Position numbers and translations under genes: made by a program. A DNA stretch of 42,715 nt from Candidatus Omnitrophota bacterium. Its GTDB lineage: Bacteria > Omnitrophota > Gorgyraeia > 2-02-FULL-51-18. This document shows positions 41,314 to 42,715 of this stretch, one piece after another (position 1 is the first letter of the stretch; each line of letters begins with the position of its first letter). The stretch spans positions 1-42,715 of the forward strand of contig JAHFFI010000001.1 in NCBI GenBank assembly GCA_023248025.1. The letters run 5' to 3'. Under the pieces are notes generated by a model. That model had not been told where the DNA came from, searched no databases, and was given only the letters and a program-made list of their open reading frames with translations.

Positions 41314-42498
41314 ATGAAAAAAGAGCTCAAAGGCGTTCCTTTCCAGGTATTCATCCTGGGCGTTGTTAGTTTTCTCACCGATGTTTCAAGCGATATGATC
41401 TATCCGCTGCTGCCGATTTTTCTTACTCAAACACTCGGCGCGGGGCAGAGTTTTGTCGGTCTCGTGGAAGGCTTCGCGGAATCTGCGGCGGCTTTTTTTA
41501 CGCTCATGTCGGGCCTGTGGGCGGACCGTGTGCGGGACCGTTCAAAACTAGTGTTGGGCGGCTACGCGTTTTCGTCATTTTCAAGGCCGCTTATGGCGCT
41601 GGCTTCGACTCCGTGGGTGGTATTTTTCGTGCGTTTCGCCGATCGCATCGGCAAGGGGATACGCACGTCTCCTCGCGACGCTTTGATCGCGGACTCGGTG
41701 GAGCCCCATCAGCGCGGAAAAGCCTTTGGTCTCCAGCGATCGATGGATCATGCGGGGGCGGTTATGGGGCCGCTCACCGCAACACTTCTGCTTTTGTGGT
41801 TTATTAAGGACTTGAGGCAACTTTTTTGGATAGCCGCCATTCCGGGTATTTTTGCCACACTCCTCGTTTTTTGGAAAGTGAAGGAAGTTTTACCAAAGGA
41901 TAGACCGCTGGCTGAAAAGAAGATCAAGCTCACACCCCCTAAGGATTTCCGTCTGCGCATTTATTTGGGGGTACTCTTTCTATTTATCTTAAGCTGCTCG
42001 TCAGACGCTTTTCTTCTTTTGAGGGCAAGCCAGTTAGGTGTCGCACCAGCATTCCTTCCGGTTATTTGGATGGTTTTTAATCTTGTGAAAGCTATCACAA
42101 CCCTACCGCTTGGCATGTTGTCGGATCGTTTCGGCCGCCGACGCGTCATTCTCGCAGGCTGGATTATTTATACGCTGGTGTACGTAGGTTTCGCGCTGGC
42201 CAGCCAGGCCTGGCACGTTTGGGCACTTTTTGTTTTTTACGGTTTTTTTTACGGATTCACTGAAGGAAGCGAAAGGGCGATTCTTGCCGATTATTCTGAA
42301 ATAAGCGAGAGAGGGCAGGTGTATGGCTGGTATTATTTGGTCGTAGGCCTGGGCGCGCTTCCGGCAAGCCTTCTTTTTGGTGCGCTCTGGCAATGGGGAG
42401 GCGCCAAAACAGCTTTTTTGGTGAGCGCGGGTATGTCATTTGCCGCGGCAGTTCTGCTGGCGCTTTTCCTATTTTTCCGGCCTTCCCTCAAGCCATAA
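41314..42498 (+). CDS. MFS transporter
   Basis: About 12 hydrophobic segments. MFS loop motif GLWADRVRDRSKL and second-half LSDRFGRRRV. Confidence 0.85.
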   Translation: MKKELKGVPFQVFILGVVSFLTDVSSDMIYPLLPIFLTQTLGAGQSFVGLVEGFAESAAAFFTLMSGLWADRVRDRSKLVLGGYAFSSFSRPLMALASTPWVVFFVRFADRIGKGIRTSPRDALIADSVEPHQRGKAFGLQRSMDHAGAVMGPLTATLLLLWFIKDLRQLFWIAAIPGIFATLLVFWKVKEVLPKDRPLAEKKIKLTPPKDFRLRIYLGVLFLFILSCSSDAFLLLRASQLGVAPAFLPVIWMVFNLVKAITTLPLGMLSDRFGRRRVILAGWIIYTLVYVGFALASQAWHVWALFVFYGFFYGFTEGSERAILADYSEISERGQVYGWYYLVVGLGALPASLLFGALWQWGGAKTAFLVSAGMSFAAAVLLALFLFFRPSLKP

Positions 42499-42637
42499 AT
42501 TAGGAACTACTGTTTCTTACGTATTAGCATGTAAAAATTAACTTGCCCTATCAAAGTAATTATGTTCTAATGTTAAACGTATTTATTTTAGCATTTTTAA
42601 TTTTCCTCTAAATTTTGATGAAAGGTCGTTGATACCG

Positions 42638-42715
42638 ATGAAAAAATGGCTGGTTCTGCTTTTGATCGCTGTAGTGGTCATGGGTGTTTTTGCAAGCAAT
42701 GGGCAGGCAGTTGAC
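42638..42715 (+). CDS. 5' end of a secreted protein (partial; runs off the window)
   Basis: MKKWLVLLLIAVVVMGVFASNGQAVD, signal-peptide-like. Confidence 0.4.
   Translation, partial: MKKWLVLLLIAVVVMGVFASNGQAVD

Noticed and set aside
42542-42580. Possible seventh module copy: CTTGCCCTATC followed 22 nt later by TAAACG, upstream of the last partial gene.
   Set aside because: It lacks the upstream half-site and the palindrome. The hexamer ends in G. The similarity is too weak to call.
1-42715. Looked for CRISPR arrays, rRNA genes, integrases, transposases and prophage structural genes.
   Set aside because: No regularly spaced short repeats, no rRNA-like sequence and no recombinase or phage motifs were recognised by eye. 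Absence is not proven without searches.

Overview
Bacterial chromosomal window of about 42.7 kb, almost entirely + strand coding. Core genes sit at both ends: dnaX and recR on the left; an RluA-family synthase, uppP, a cold-shock protein and an MFS transporter on the right. Three blocks lie between them. (i) 3.5-8.6 kb is a tRNA-Asn(GTT) integration hotspot. It holds a GIY-YIG mini-cassette inside a duplicated tRNA 5' flank, a duplicated tRNA 3' flank with an orphan T-arm fragment, and a 1.78-kb three-ORF cassette bounded by perfect 19-bp inverted repeats with no recombinase. It also holds an A+T-rich, translationally coupled three-gene operon: HNH-like protein / zinc-ribbon DUF4145 protein (frameshifted) / SIR2-like protein. 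I rate this operon the best candidate for an undescribed anti-phage system. (ii) 10.1-27.8 kb carries six copies of a 62-bp promoter module with fixed geometry. They precede operons for small stress-type envelope proteins, alpha-glucan enzymes, a C39-like peptidase pair and a PAS histidine kinase / LuxR-type response regulator pair. This looks like an undescribed, probably autoregulated stress regulon. (iii) 27.8-38 kb holds stress and envelope genes: rhodanese, sodB, an OMP, a PKD protein, mscL, a CDGSH protein, a PAS-PP2C phosphatase and TPR proteins. I recognised no rRNA, CRISPR array, integrase or transposase. Two genes carry single-nucleotide frameshifts at short homopolymers, so assembly indels cannot be excluded. 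All family assignments come from motif recognition by eye; no searches or computations were run.
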